From positions 1-64,000 of the forward strand of contig JBKAGE010000045.1 in NCBI GenBank assembly GCA_046290225.1: DNA of 64,000 bases. The letters are read 5' to 3'. Below the pieces are notes generated by a model that saw only the letters and a list, made by a program, of their open reading frames with translations, was not told the origin of the DNA and did no database searches. Shown piece by piece: positions 36,475 through 47,073 of this stretch. A program made the translations under genes and the position numbers. Source of the DNA: Bradymonadia bacterium. GTDB taxonomy: Bacteria > Myxococcota_A > Bradymonadia > UBA7976 > UBA1532. The first letter of the stretch is position 1; the number at the start of each line of letters is the position of its first letter.

Positions 36475-36580
36475 GAAAGTGCCCTCTCGATTAAGCCGGA
36501 GGCAGGCTATGACCGCTGCATATAACTAGTCAACGGCGCTCACACTCGCCGCAGCAAATCCGCTCGAATGCGCGACAGCA

Positions 36581-36823
36581 TCAGCTCTCCACTGAGCGTG
36601 GTTCTGGCAGGGGCTCGTCCCACTTGAAGAGCCGCCAGGGCTCCACCCCCAGGGCCGAGCAGTAGGCTTCGATCTGGTGAAGACTCCAAGTACGGGCGCC
36701 GCGCTCAAGAGCACTGAAGGTGCGGTTGTTCAAGCCGTGCTCGCGCTCAAGGTCAGTGAGGCTTTTCCCAGTGGCCTTGCGCCAAGCTCGCGCCCGCTCT
36801 CCGAATGCTCTGTTCAACTGCAC
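36581..36823 (-). CDS. Xre/Cro-C1 HTH regulator
   Basis: FGERARAWRKATGKSLTDL..FSALERG..ALGVEPWRLF. Confidence 0.85.
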   Translation of the reverse strand: MQLNRAFGERARAWRKATGKSLTDLEREHGLNNRTFSALERGARTWSLHQIEAYCSALGVEPWRLFKWDEPLPEPRSVES

Positions 36824-36825
36824 TT

Positions 36826-36896
36826 TTTCTTCGCTCCGAAGATATTTGCTTGCGAGGCCCGCTCGCTTCCTCTACATTATCTTCAGAGCGAAGAAA
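36826..36896. promoter_or_regulatory. two inverted 19-bp operators flanking a sigma70 promoter
   Basis: 36826-36844 and 36878-36896 are inverted copies (1 mismatch), each TCTTC-N5-GAAGA; TTGCGA-17-TACATT between them. Confidence 0.75.
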
Positions 36897-36970
36897 CAGC
36901 AATCGAATACACCATCCCCCTGCCGGCCAATCCAGCCAAAGACTCACCGACAGGAGGGGAGGAGCGACAG

Positions 36971-37171
36971 ATGTTAGAGCGCAGCGATGTAGATCGCAAT
37001 GGAGCGATCCACCCATCCCCTCGCGACGAAGCCATCCACCGGGCCCTCAATGTCGTTTTAGCCCAGTGCGGTGATCCGCTGCATTTCCTGGCCCAAGCCT
37101 GCGAGTTCTGCGCAGAGCTGAGCGATCGCACGCTTACCAAGCTGCCGGTCGAACTACAGGGCCGAGGCTGA
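36971..37171 (+). CDS. small hypothetical protein upstream of tnpB
   Basis: GGAGGAG RBS; 66 aa. Confidence 0.55.
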   Translation: MLERSDVDRNGAIHPSPRDEAIHRALNVVLAQCGDPLHFLAQACEFCAELSDRTLTKLPVELQGRG

Positions 37172-37184
37172 GAAGGGGGCGGCG

Positions 37185-38411
37185 GTGCTGATCCAGCAAG
37201 CATATAAGTTCGAGCTTCGGCCCAATGGGGCCCAGCGCCGCCTGATGCACGTCTTCGCGGGCCAGTGCCGCTACGTCTACAACAGGGCGCTGGCGATGCA
37301 GCGCGACCGCTACAAGGCCGAAGAAAAGAAGCTCGGGTACGCAGGCCTGTGCAAGGCACTGACGCAGTGGCGCAACGACCACGAGACGTCGTGGCTCAAG
37401 ATGGGCTCTGTGAGCACTCAGCAACAAGCCTTGTGTGACCTTGAGCGGGCGTACATCAACTTCTTCGCGGGGCGTGCCTCGTTCCCCAGCTTCAAGCGCA
37501 AGGGGGAGTATGAGAGCTTCCGCTTTCCCAATGCCAAGCAGTTCTACATCTGCCAGGGGCACAGCCGCATCAAGCTGCCCAAGCTGGGATGGGTGCGCTA
37601 CCGCAACAGCCGTCGCATCGAAGGCACCCCAAAGAACGCCACGGTGAGCCTTCGGGCGGGCAAGTGGTACGTCTCTATCCAGACAGAGCGAGAGGTGCCT
37701 GAGCCGGTACACCCTTCGCGCACGATGGTGGGCATCGACATGGGGGTGGCCCGACTTGCCACCTTGTCAGATAGCACGGTGTACGAACCGCTCAACAGCT
37801 TCAAGAAGCACCAGAGAGCCCTGGCCAATGCCCAGCGGGCAATGTCCCGCAAGGTGAAGTTCAGCCAGAACTGGCGCAAGGCAAAGGCCCGCATCCAGCG
37901 CATCCAGGCCCGAATCGCGAACGCTCGCAGGGACTACCTACACAAAGCCTCGAACGACATCAGCAAGAACCACGCGGTGGTCGTCCTCGAAGACCTCAAG
38001 GTGTCCAACATGAGCAAGAGCGCCAAGGGCACAGCGGAAGCGCCGGGCAAGAACGTGAAGGCCAAGTCGGGGCTCAACAAGGCCATCCTCGACCAGGGGT
38101 GGGGTGAGTTCCGACGCCAGCTCGAATACAAGCAGAAGTGGCGGGGTGGTGAGGTGATAGCGGTGAATCCACGCAACACCTCCCGCACCTGCCTACAGTG
38201 CGGCCATGTGTCAGCGGATAACCGCAAGACACAGGCCCGCTTCAAGTGCATCTCTTGCGGCTTTGAGGGCCATGCGGACCTCGTTGCTGCGGAGAACATC
38301 AGAAGGGCAGGGCATGCCCGGATTGCCTGTGGAGGAGAGCCTGTAGAGGCCCCAGTGAAGCAGGAACCCATCGAGACGACCTGCAACGCTGTCCAGCTGG
38401 GCTTGTTGTAG
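37185..38411 (+). CDS. tnpB: RNA-guided endonuclease TnpB (IS200/IS605 family)
   Basis: AYKFELRPN; RuvC VGIDMG, VLEDL, HADL; Zn finger CLQCG..CISCG. Confidence 0.95.
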   Translation: MLIQQAYKFELRPNGAQRRLMHVFAGQCRYVYNRALAMQRDRYKAEEKKLGYAGLCKALTQWRNDHETSWLKMGSVSTQQQALCDLERAYINFFAGRASFPSFKRKGEYESFRFPNAKQFYICQGHSRIKLPKLGWVRYRNSRRIEGTPKNATVSLRAGKWYVSIQTEREVPEPVHPSRTMVGIDMGVARLATLSDSTVYEPLNSFKKHQRALANAQRAMSRKVKFSQNWRKAKARIQRIQARIANARRDYLHKASNDISKNHAVVVLEDLKVSNMSKSAKGTAEAPGKNVKAKSGLNKAILDQGWGEFRRQLEYKQKWRGGEVIAVNPRNTSRTCLQCGHVSADNRKTQARFKCISCGFEGHADLVAAENIRRAGHARIACGGEPVEAPVKQEPIETTCNAVQLGLL

Positions 38412-38417
38412 GCGTGG

Positions 38418-38451
38418 TAGGGAATCCTCGTTACGACGGGGAGGATATCAA
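38418..38451 (+). mobile_element. IS200/IS605-type right end (omegaRNA 3' scaffold); guide would start at 38452
   Basis: GGAATCCTC...GGGGAGGATATCAA hairpin ending in TCAA. Confidence 0.7.
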
Positions 38452-39083
38452 TGTTCCTTGAGGAGGTTTTCTGGGCGGGTAACGATATAGCCAAGTGGAA
38501 AGAGCCCAGGTAGCTGCTCCGCAGAAACCACCTCGAACCCTGCACCCGAAATGAGCTGCTCAAGCGATGTGAGATCGAACCGTGTGTGAGCAACGAATGG
38601 CGATACCATACTGAGTGCTCGGGACAGCCCACGTCTGAAGGCGTCGATATTGTGCAGGAATGTAGGTGCGATGAGCACTCCTTCCGGCTTCAATACGCGG
38701 TGGAACTCGGAGAGCGCCTGCACCGGATCGTCCATCACATGAAGCGCATTGGCGCAGAATACGCCATCAAAGCTCCCATCCGGTGCGTCGATATCGTATG
38801 CACTCATGACTGTGCATTCGACATTCTGAAGGCTCAGTTCGTCCATCCGTACTTGCAGTCGGGTGACCATTTCGGGTGAAATGTCAGTTGCCAGAAGGTG
38901 CTCGGCTTGTCCTGCCAGGTTGGGGGTGAATTGCCCCGTTCCTGCCGCGATCTCCAGCAGTCGTCCGCCAGAAGGCAGGTCGTGGCTCAGTCGTTCTCGT
39001 ACCTTGTCGTAGCTTGAGTCGAACAAACGCACAACGGTGTCATAGCGGCCAGCGAGACGGTCCCATACACGTGCTTCACTCAT
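38448..39083 (-). CDS. class I SAM-dependent methyltransferase (UbiE-like)
   Basis: LLEIAAGTG, DISPEM, RVLKPEG. Confidence 0.9.
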   Translation of the reverse strand: MSEARVWDRLAGRYDTVVRLFDSSYDKVRERLSHDLPSGGRLLEIAAGTGQFTPNLAGQAEHLLATDISPEMVTRLQVRMDELSLQNVECTVMSAYDIDAPDGSFDGVFCANALHVMDDPVQALSEFHRVLKPEGVLIAPTFLHNIDAFRRGLSRALSMVSPFVAHTRFDLTSLEQLISGAGFEVVSAEQLPGLFPLGYIVTRPENLLKEH

Positions 39084-42000
39084 ACCTTAACCTCTTCAAA
39101 CTCCGCACCTGGGAGTTCATCTTCGTTGTCTTCATCGATTGCCATGCCGCCGAGCCAGCTGTACACAGCTGGCAACACGAAGAGTGTTAGGAGGGTAGCG
39201 GTTATCAACCCCCCAATTACGACAGTGGCAAGTGGTCGTTGAACCTCGGCTCCGGCTGTCGTTGAGATGGCCATGGGAAGGAAGCCGATGCCATCCGTCA
39301 GTGCGGTCATCAGCACTGCACGAAGCCGAAGGCGAGCCCCTTTCTCAGTCGCGTCCATCAGCGAGAGTCCTTCACGCTGAAGGTCCCGGATGTAAGAGAC
39401 CATGACGACACCATTGAGTACCGCGATGCCTGATAGGGCGATGAACCCCACTGCTGCAGAGATGGAGAATGGCATCTCACGAAGCCAGAGGGCCAGGACA
39501 CCACCAACTGCAGCCATGGGGATGTTCATATAGATAATGAGCGCTGGGCGAGCTGAGGCGAACGTCGTGTAGAGGAGCAGGAAGATCAGGAGAAGCGCGG
39601 CTGGTACAGCCACCGCGAGTCGAGCGCTCGCAGCTTGGAGGTTCTCGAACTGGCCTCCCCATGTAACGAAGTAGCCAGGTGGTAGACTCCCCTCGATGAG
39701 GATACGCTTCTGAGCTTCAGTAACAAAGCCGGCGAGATCGCGCCCACGTACATTGACCTGAATGGTCATACGTCGCTGAGCGCTCTCTCGGCTGACGACT
39801 GCTGGTCCTTCCTCCAAGAGAACCTGTGCGACCTGTCCGAGGGGTACACGCTTACCCCCTGGCACGGAGATGAGCAGTTCCCGCAGGGATTCAGGGTTGG
39901 CCCTGGATGCTTCCCGTAGTCGAACTTGGAGAGCGAAGCGTTGCTGTCCTTCGAAGACAATACCCACTTGCCGGCCCCCCACCGCAGCTACAGCATCGAG
40001 GATCTCAGATGCGTTGATGCCGTAGCGAGCAGCCACTCGGCGGTTGACGACGATTCGGAGTGATGGCAGCCCGGCTACCTGGTCAGCGTTGACGTCCGCA
40101 GCTCCCGCGATCGAGCGCAACAACCGCATCACCCGCGCCCCGGTTCGCTCTAGCTCCTCAAAATCAGGCCCATAGAGGTTGATGGCGACATCTGAGCGCA
40201 CTCCACTGATGAGCTCGTTGGTCCTAAGCTCGATTGGCTGAGAGAAAGAGTAGTTCTGGCCAGGCACCTGTTGCTCAAGCGTTGCGGCAATAGCCTCGAC
40301 GAGCTTGGTCTTCGAATCCGCATGTGTCCACTGCTCAACTGGATGGAGCATGATGTAGATGTCAGAGAGCTCAACCCCCATTGGGTCTGTCGCGATTTCA
40401 GCTCTCCCGGTACGAGAGATGATTGTTTCTACCTCGTCAGGGAATGCTTCGATGAGCGTCTGCTCCACCCGGCTGGTGGCTGCTACTGATTCCTCAAGTG
40501 ACACCGATGGAGGCCGAATCGCCTGCATCGCGATAGCCCCTTCGTCGAGTGTGGGGATGAATACCGCCCCCATCGTCGAGGCAAGCCACACACCACCAGC
40601 GATCACCATGATGGCGATGGCGATGACCAACAGGCGGAAACGTAAAGCAATCCTCAATGCTGGCTCATAGAGTCGCCTCGTGAGCCGAACAATAATGGGC
40701 TCTTTTTCGGATAGCCCACCATGGTAGAGCCAGGTGGCAGCTGCTGGCACCAGCGTGATGGCCAACACAAGGGCCGCCGCCAACGCCGACAGCACCACAA
40801 TTGCCATCGGGCGGAACATCTTCCCTTCGATCCCCTGCAGCGAGAGGATTGGGATGTAGACGATCATGATAATCGCTGTCCCAAACAGAACTGGCCGCAG
40901 CACCTGCGTCGTGGCTCGACGCACCTCACCCTTGACGGCACGCCCTGTTGCTCTGCCTTCGGACAGCCGTCGTGAGACGTTCTCGATAACGACGATTGCG
41001 CCGTCAATGATCAACCCGAAGTCGAGTGCCCCCATGCTCATCAGGTTCCCTGACACGCCGAAGAATCTCATTGAAATGAGTGTAAACAACAGGGATAGCG
41101 GGATGACTGCAGCTATGAGCAAACCACCACGCAGGTTCCCGAGCATCAGCAGGAACACGACAACGACGAGGACTCCACCCTCAATGAGGTTGACGATGAC
41201 AGTGTGGATGGTGCGATCAACCAGTACGGAACGATCGTAATAGGTAGCTATAGTCACCCCGGGCGGCAGCCCTGGGGCAAGCTCATCAAGGCGCTTGCGG
41301 ACCGCCCGTGAGACATCGCCAGAGTTGGCACCCATCAACATCATCACCGAGGCTGTGACAACCTCTCCTCGGCCATCTCGGGTCACCGCACCTTGCCTGA
41401 CCATGGGGGCAAATGTAACGTTGGCCACATCGCGGATGAAGATGGGTGTGTTGTTGCGGGTTGCGATCCGAACATCGCGAACATCATCGAGACTGGTGAT
41501 GAGTCCTTCTCCGCGAACAATACGCTGCTCACCGCTGCGGACGATGTAGCCACCACCCTCGTTGGCGTTGTTTGCTTCAAGTGCGTTGAAGACCTCGCTC
41601 AGGCTGAGCCCTAGCGCGTTCAGCCTCCCCGGATCTACCTGGGCCTCGTAGGTCTTCAGTTCTCCACCAAACGGGTTGACCTCAACCACACCAGGGATGG
41701 GACGGAGCTGGAATGCGACATACCAGTCGAGGATTGTGCGCAGCTCCATGAGTGAGTAGCACTCGTCGGTGTCTGGGCCTTCAGTAGGGCACATGGGATC
41801 GCCACGGACCTCAAACTGGTATATCTCCCCAAGTCCGGTCGAGATTGGCCCCATCTCCGGTGAGCCATACCCCTCTGGGATAGATTCGCGAGCCTCGGAG
41901 AGTCGCTCGGCAACCATCTGGCGCGCAAAGTAGATATTGGTTCCTTCCTCGAAAACCACCGTCACAGCTGACAAGCCAAAGCGTGACAAGCTGCGAACTT

Positions 42001-42238
42001 CCTCGACGTGAGGCAGGCCGCTCATCACTGTCTCGACCGGCACGGTGACGTACTGCTCAACCTCAATGGGACCGAGTGCGGGAGCGTTGGTGAGGACCTG
42101 TACCTGGACATTGGTTACGTCAGGAACGGCATCAATTGGGAGATGTTGTGCGGTGCGTACGCCGAGGGCTCCAATGAGCAGGACGACGAAGATGACGAGG
42201 AACCGATGCCGAACACAGAATGCGATGAATCTATTCAT
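39080..42238 (-). CDS. czcA: CusA/CzcA heavy-metal RND efflux transporter
   Basis: LPIDAVPDVTNVQVQV, GALDFGLIIDG, RLRAVLMTA, AEVQRPLATVVIGG. Confidence 0.97.
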   Translation of the reverse strand: MNRFIAFCVRHRFLVIFVVLLIGALGVRTAQHLPIDAVPDVTNVQVQVLTNAPALGPIEVEQYVTVPVETVMSGLPHVEEVRSLSRFGLSAVTVVFEEGTNIYFARQMVAERLSEARESIPEGYGSPEMGPISTGLGEIYQFEVRGDPMCPTEGPDTDECYSLMELRTILDWYVAFQLRPIPGVVEVNPFGGELKTYEAQVDPGRLNALGLSLSEVFNALEANNANEGGGYIVRSGEQRIVRGEGLITSLDDVRDVRIATRNNTPIFIRDVANVTFAPMVRQGAVTRDGRGEVVTASVMMLMGANSGDVSRAVRKRLDELAPGLPPGVTIATYYDRSVLVDRTIHTVIVNLIEGGVLVVVVFLLMLGNLRGGLLIAAVIPLSLLFTLISMRFFGVSGNLMSMGALDFGLIIDGAIVVIENVSRRLSEGRATGRAVKGEVRRATTQVLRPVLFGTAIIMIVYIPILSLQGIEGKMFRPMAIVVLSALAAALVLAITLVPAAATWLYHGGLSEKEPIIVRLTRRLYEPALRIALRFRLLVIAIAIMVIAGGVWLASTMGAVFIPTLDEGAIAMQAIRPPSVSLEESVAATSRVEQTLIEAFPDEVETIISRTGRAEIATDPMGVELSDIYIMLHPVEQWTHADSKTKLVEAIAATLEQQVPGQNYSFSQPIELRTNELISGVRSDVAINLYGPDFEELERTGARVMRLLRSIAGAADVNADQVAGLPSLRIVVNRRVAARYGINASEILDAVAAVGGRQVGIVFEGQQRFALQVRLREASRANPESLRELLISVPGGKRVPLGQVAQVLLEEGPAVVSRESAQRRMTIQVNVRGRDLAGFVTEAQKRILIEGSLPPGYFVTWGGQFENLQAASARLAVAVPAALLLIFLLLYTTFASARPALIIYMNIPMAAVGGVLALWLREMPFSISAAVGFIALSGIAVLNGVVMVSYIRDLQREGLSLMDATEKGARLRLRAVLMTALTDGIGFLPMAISTTAGAEVQRPLATVVIGGLITATLLTLFVLPAVYSWLGGMAIDEDNEDELPGAEFEEVKV

Positions 42239-42247
42239 CTCGTATTC

Positions 42248-43501
42248 TCAGTGTGCGTGACCGTGGCCAAGCTCGCCACGCATCAACTCAGACTTAAGAA
42301 TGAAAGCCCCTTCCACGACGACCTGTGCCCCAGGCTCAAGCCCCGTGAGCACCTCGGCCAGCCGCGCGCTCTTTTTGCCGAGCGTCACTGGGTGGACAAC
42401 AAATTCACCTTCTTCATCGCCAGGAGTGAACACAACAGTCTGCTCTTTGAGTATCTGAATCGATGAGAGTGGGAGGACGACGGATGTGGGGGCTGGCTTG
42501 GTCGACGCGAGTCGAAGAGACCCGAAGAGGCCAGGGCGAAGTCGGCCGTCGGGGTTGTCGAGTTCTACGCGGACAGGCAGGGTACGAGTTGATTCGTCGA
42601 GTGTTGTGCCTACAAAATCGACAGTGCCCGTCCAATGACGGCTTGGATAGGCGTTCAGTGTAAGGGTTGCGCTCATTCCAAGAGCGGCTTGTGCGATCTG
42701 TTGCTCATAGACTCGGCCAATGACCCACACCCTCGAGAGGTCAGCTACGATAAAAAGTGTGTCTTGAGGCGAGACGTTCTCACCGCGAGTCGCGTGTCGC
42801 TCGACTACAACTCCAGTGATTGGGCTCTCCAGTGTCATGTCAGGCCCGCTGCCACCACGAAGCCCGAAGACCCGGAGGTGAGAGCGAGCTGCATCGCGCT
42901 CTGCATCGGCTTGCTTGTAGGCCAGCTCCGCTTCAAGCAAGCTGCGCTTGGAGCTGATGCCCTCCTTGCGCAAACGCCTCTGCCTGTCTCTGTTCTGCTC
43001 TGCGACGTTGCGCAATGAGTTCGTGCGGCTGAGCTCCGCACGAGCCTGCCCGAGCTCAACACTCCTCAGTTTCGCGAGCTGGGTTTTAGTCTCCACCTGG
43101 TCGCCCAACGTGACGTCTACGCTCAACAACTGCCCTTCAACGAGGGGGCTGATGTGAGCGACCCGGTCGGGGTTGAGTTGAACTTCTGCAGGAACCTCAA
43201 TGGCATCAGTGAGTACGCCGGATTCTGCGATCCCTAGACGAATCCCACTCGTACTCTGGGCTTGAGGAGAGATCCGCACCAATAGCTCTTCGGAACCTTC
43301 CTCGCCGTGGCTACGGTCTTCGTGCCCTTCCACTTCATCCATGTGTGGTTGCTGATCATGATTGTGCTCGTCGTTTGCATGGAGCTCGTGGCTAGCTTGA
43401 TCTTCATGAGATTCGTTCACATGATCATGACCGTTGGTGTCTTGACAGCCTGATCCCATTGGTAGAGCACAAATCAGAATGAGCTGCATGGCGCGTTTCA
43501 T
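42248..43501 (-). CDS. czcB: CzcB-like RND periplasmic adaptor with His-rich N-terminus
   Basis: His-rich region, IVADLSRVWV, LRPGLFG, ends GHGHAH. Confidence 0.92.
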   Translation of the reverse strand: MKRAMQLILICALPMGSGCQDTNGHDHVNESHEDQASHELHANDEHNHDQQPHMDEVEGHEDRSHGEEGSEELLVRISPQAQSTSGIRLGIAESGVLTDAIEVPAEVQLNPDRVAHISPLVEGQLLSVDVTLGDQVETKTQLAKLRSVELGQARAELSRTNSLRNVAEQNRDRQRRLRKEGISSKRSLLEAELAYKQADAERDAARSHLRVFGLRGGSGPDMTLESPITGVVVERHATRGENVSPQDTLFIVADLSRVWVIGRVYEQQIAQAALGMSATLTLNAYPSRHWTGTVDFVGTTLDESTRTLPVRVELDNPDGRLRPGLFGSLRLASTKPAPTSVVLPLSSIQILKEQTVVFTPGDEEGEFVVHPVTLGKKSARLAEVLTGLEPGAQVVVEGAFILKSELMRGELGHGHAH

Positions 43502-44877
43502 GGGGCGCTCTCCTTGTCGGGCCACAGCTCTGTGCCGACCAGGCCTTCGAGGGTTGCAGCGGTTTCGTGGTAGGTGATGCGTGCGTCGATGTATTGCCCA
43601 GTTGCGGTCAATAGCCGCTCGCGCGTCTGTGAGACTTGGTGAACGTCAACTTCACCAAGCTCGTAGGCTCGTTGGAGCAATGAGAGATTCGCCTCGAGCT
43701 GTGGGACGACATCTGTCTCGTATAGAGCGACACGCTCTACAGCTGCGTTAAGTGCGATTGCGGCCTGAAGGAGCTCACCCCGAAGCTTAGCTGCCGTTGC
43801 TTTGCGCTCTCTGCCCGCAACTACCAGCTTGGCCTCGGCGAGCGCGCGGCCATCCTGGTTGGTCCGCCAGACTGGAATCGGGAAGGTCAGATTAAAAAGC
43901 CAGATGTCGGCCTCTCCCTCTGGGCCGGGGGCGGCCTCTCGGCTATAAGAGAAGCCAACAGTAGGCTCAGGCCACGCTTCTCGATCTTCCAGCGAGAGCC
44001 GACTCTGACCCGCAACCACGGCAAGCTCACGGGTGCGAAGTGAGGGGTGGTTCTCAGCCATCAATACTAAAAGTGCATCTGTGTCTGCCGCAGGCCGCAC
44101 ACCTGGCAGTGTGCCTTGGACCTCAGGTAGCGTTGTCTCTGGCCAGCCGATGACTGCGGCTAGCCGGGCGGTCAGCGACTCCCCTGTTTGCTGAGCCTCA
44201 ATGACCGCCTCACGAGTTTGCGCCAGATCAGCGTCAGCCACCAGCAAGATGAGGGGTGACGACTCTCCTGCCTTCACCTGTTGAGCCGCGATATTGCGCA
44301 TGGATTGCGCGAAAGCCACGAAACGCTCCGCCTGAGCAAGCCGCTCGCGTACCAGCAGGATATCGACGAAGAGTCGGTGCACCTCCACATGTACGCTCCA
44401 TCGGATCTCATTGACGGCTGCTTCGCTGAGACGTTGTTGATCCTCCGCAGCATCGAGCCTCAGCCCCGGCTCACCGGCAATCTCAAGTTGCTGCTGAACA
44501 GCCACCTCAAACTCGAAGCCAGTCGCGTTCTCGACCGTGCGCCTACCAACGCCGAAGCTAAACTGCGGATTCGCAGGGAGCACGATGTTGGCGCCAATTA
44601 CCCCCGCCTTGGCTAACCCGACCCGTGCCCATGCTGTTTGAATCACCGGAGAGTGTGAATCAGCGTATATCAACGCCTGCTCAAGTGTCAGTGCGGATAT
44701 TTTCGACGGTTCTATAGGCTTCCCAGCTGGAACATATGGCAGGACTGTCTCCGCTGGTGCGTAGACGCCTGGCTTTGGCAGAGGCCTTGTCATTCGGGTT
44801 GGTGCACACGCTGTCACCAAGCTACTACTGGTGATAGTAATTGAAGGTAGCAACCAGCCAAGGAGAGTACGCCACAT
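43498..44877 (-). CDS. czcC: CzcC/TolC outer-membrane channel
   Basis: TolC repeats (NPQF, AGE..L, AYELGE). Confidence 0.9.
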   Translation of the reverse strand: MWRTLLGWLLPSITITSSSLVTACAPTRMTRPLPKPGVYAPAETVLPYVPAGKPIEPSKISALTLEQALIYADSHSPVIQTAWARVGLAKAGVIGANIVLPANPQFSFGVGRRTVENATGFEFEVAVQQQLEIAGEPGLRLDAAEDQQRLSEAAVNEIRWSVHVEVHRLFVDILLVRERLAQAERFVAFAQSMRNIAAQQVKAGESSPLILLVADADLAQTREAVIEAQQTGESLTARLAAVIGWPETTLPEVQGTLPGVRPAADTDALLVLMAENHPSLRTRELAVVAGQSRLSLEDREAWPEPTVGFSYSREAAPGPEGEADIWLFNLTFPIPVWRTNQDGRALAEAKLVVAGRERKATAAKLRGELLQAAIALNAAVERVALYETDVVPQLEANLSLLQRAYELGEVDVHQVSQTRERLLTATGQYIDARITYHETAATLEGLVGTELWPDKESAP

Positions 44878-44889
44878 ACGAACCTCGAC

Positions 44890-45897
44890 TTAGAGCAGGG
44901 AGTGGAGCAGGCGCTCCACCTCAAAATGGAAATATTCGAGCAACCCCAGGTTGTCGATATGAGGCGTGGTGAGGGAGGCAAAAACGCCAACAGCCAGGAC
45001 TATGTGGCCAATGGTGCGTACAGGAGCTGGAGGCCCATTCATAAGCAGCTCGAGCCGTAGCTTGAGCGCAGCTCCATTGTGACCACAGAGCGCCACACCA
45101 TGCGATAGAAGGCCTTCACAGCGGAACTTGGCGGCTCGAACAATCCCCTCAGCCAAAGCGAGAGGCTCTCCGCCTCGGTGGACTGCTTCACTATCGCAGA
45201 CAGCTTCGCGCGCTGCACGCCATCGCTCGAAGTCAGGAGAGAGGAGAGCACTGGTAGGATTGACGGCAAGGCAGAGACGAGCGAGGAAGCCTCTGAGCGT
45301 ATCCAGTCCAGCAATATGAGCGTGCTCATGCAGGAGCACCGCGTGTAGGACTTCTGGGTCTGAGTCTCGAATGAAGCAAGCGTCGACCACCACAATGGGA
45401 CGCAACAAGCCCAACGTGTAGATCGGCTCAGTCGACTTGCGCACCACTACAATACGTAGAGAGTGGAGATGGGCATCTTGTTCAGCGGTGTCCATGATCC
45501 GTCTGACGAGGTCGTGTTCACACCCCAGCCGTTGGAGCTTAGCTCGGGGCCACTCCCGCCAGAGTCGAACAGCAATCATGCCTGTCATTCCAACCACCAG
45601 AAACCCAAGCAACAGCAGCGTGTCGACGCAGATCGTTGCTTCCATGTGATTGATGAAACAGGAGTCTGAGTTATGTGCTGGCTCGCTCTGATGGAGCACT
45701 GACGAAGTCAGCCACAGTACAGGAAACAAGGTTGGTGCAACGAGCCAGGCGAAGGTTGCTTCCGAACCAAAGCTTGCCCAGTTCGCAGCTCGCCGGCGGT
45801 TAAGTGAGAGCGCAACTCGGCTCCCCAACGTCAGCAGTGGGATCAAGACGAGGAATGTCGCAGCGACCGCAGTGAGCGGAAAAAAGAGATCATTCAT
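44890..45897 (-). CDS. M56 (BlaR1-like) membrane metallopeptidase
   Basis: [22 protein letters not shown]. Confidence 0.9.
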   Translation of the reverse strand: MNDLFFPLTAVAATFLVLIPLLTLGSRVALSLNRRRAANWASFGSEATFAWLVAPTLFPVLWLTSSVLHQSEPAHNSDSCFINHMEATICVDTLLLLGFLVVGMTGMIAVRLWREWPRAKLQRLGCEHDLVRRIMDTAEQDAHLHSLRIVVVRKSTEPIYTLGLLRPIVVVDACFIRDSDPEVLHAVLLHEHAHIAGLDTLRGFLARLCLAVNPTSALLSPDFERWRAAREAVCDSEAVHRGGEPLALAEGIVRAAKFRCEGLLSHGVALCGHNGAALKLRLELLMNGPPAPVRTIGHIVLAVGVFASLTTPHIDNLGLLEYFHFEVERLLHSLL

Positions 45898-46334
45898 GAT
45901 CCCCCTCTTCTTCGCTTGCGAATCAGGACTTCCAGACGGTCCAATTCCGCATCATCAGCCTCCGCAACCCGTTCGACCAAGAATGCAACTGCAGCCTCCT
46001 GGCCCACAGGAGGAAGGCTCCCGAGCACCTCTCGGGTCATCGCCTGGATGAACTCGGACCGGCCCATTGTGGATTGATAGAGGTAACGCCGGCCTTCCTT
46101 GCGCCTGGTCAGAAGCTCCTTGTCATAGAGCCGGCTGACTGTGGTCATCACCGTCGTGTACGCAATCTCTCGTTGGCCCTCGAGTATTTCGTGGACATCG
46201 GTGACCGCGAACTCGTCCCACCCCTTCTCCCAGACAGCCTCCATAATCTCGGCTTCGAGATCATACAGCGATGTGCGCAGCCCATCCTGCTCAGGCCGAA
46301 TTCGAATGCCTTTCACAACTGCCTCCACGCACAA
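45894..46334 (-). CDS. BlaI/MecI/CopY repressor (start uncertain)
   Basis: [26 protein letters not shown]. Confidence 0.92.
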   Translation of the reverse strand: MCVEAVVKGIRIRPEQDGLRTSLYDLEAEIMEAVWEKGWDEFAVTDVHEILEGQREIAYTTVMTTVSRLYDKELLTRRKEGRRYLYQSTMGRSEFIQAMTREVLGSLPPVGQEAAVAFLVERVAEADDAELDRLEVLIRKRRRGGS

Positions 46335-46363
46335 TTGCGTCGGTTAGGGAACTTGACCTCACA

Positions 46364-46392
46364 AAACTACTACTTGCGGTAGTAGATATCAA
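46364..46392 (-). promoter_or_regulatory. promoter with BlaI-type operator
   Basis: TTGATA-17-TAGTTT overlapping palindrome CTACTAC-N5-GTAGTAG. Confidence 0.75.
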
Positions 46393-46623
46393 GGAGGAGC
46401 CTTTCAGGTAATCAAGGACCTTTTGATCTTACCTTGTTGACGACAGACCAAGTGAGCACCTCCTCGACGGCTTCTCTACCCAGGGGGTGGCTTCAGCTCT
46501 CAGGTCTTGCCCCCCGATCCTCCTGCTATCACCTAAGTATCCCTCCACAGGAAGTAGGACTACGCATACGTGAGCATGCGGGCAGGCTGGTAGAACAGCC
46601 AGACGCACCTGCCCGGGATTCAT

Positions 46624-47073
46624 ATGCGCCAACTTCTTCTGCTCCTCTGTCTGCCCTCTGCAGCCCTGGCGTCCCCAGAGCCACCTGATGGCCATGCAAG
46701 CTGGGACGAGGGACATGAACGCAGAGGAGCAAGCAGCATGGACGCAGAAGCAGAGCAGCAGCCCTACGGCTGGGAGAAGAGTTGGGTCGACACGCAACAG
46801 GGCGACGGAGCGTGGACCCAAGGGGAGTGCTATCTCTACATGCGATGGGCAAGCAGCAATGCCTACTGGACAGCCAGGTGGTTTGGTGGTGAGAGCACCC
46901 GTCGCTTCAGAGGTGGGCGTTTCGAGGACGTTGCGCCAGCGGCGTTCAGAGCGGCCAGAGAGCTTCTGGTGGAGACAGGCCGGCTGCCTGAGATCTCCCC
47001 CGGGGAGGAGGCCTCCCACGGGCATGCAGGTACCCAAGGTGCGCGCAGCATCGACACCGGGGCCGTCGAGTGA
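46624..47073 (+). CDS. secreted hypothetical protein
   Basis: signal peptide; GTGA overlap with next gene. Confidence 0.55.
   Translation: MRQLLLLLCLPSAALASPEPPDGHASWDEGHERRGASSMDAEAEQQPYGWEKSWVDTQQGDGAWTQGECYLYMRWASSNAYWTARWFGGESTRRFRGGRFEDVAPAAFRAARELLVETGRLPEISPGEEASHGHAGTQGARSIDTGAVE

Noticed and set aside
38444..46392. GATATCAA direct repeat at both ends of the metal cassette as a target-site duplication
   Set aside because: One copy is the IS right end and the other contains the -35 box of the blaI-like promoter; IS200/IS605 elements do not make TSDs; 8 bp can be chance.
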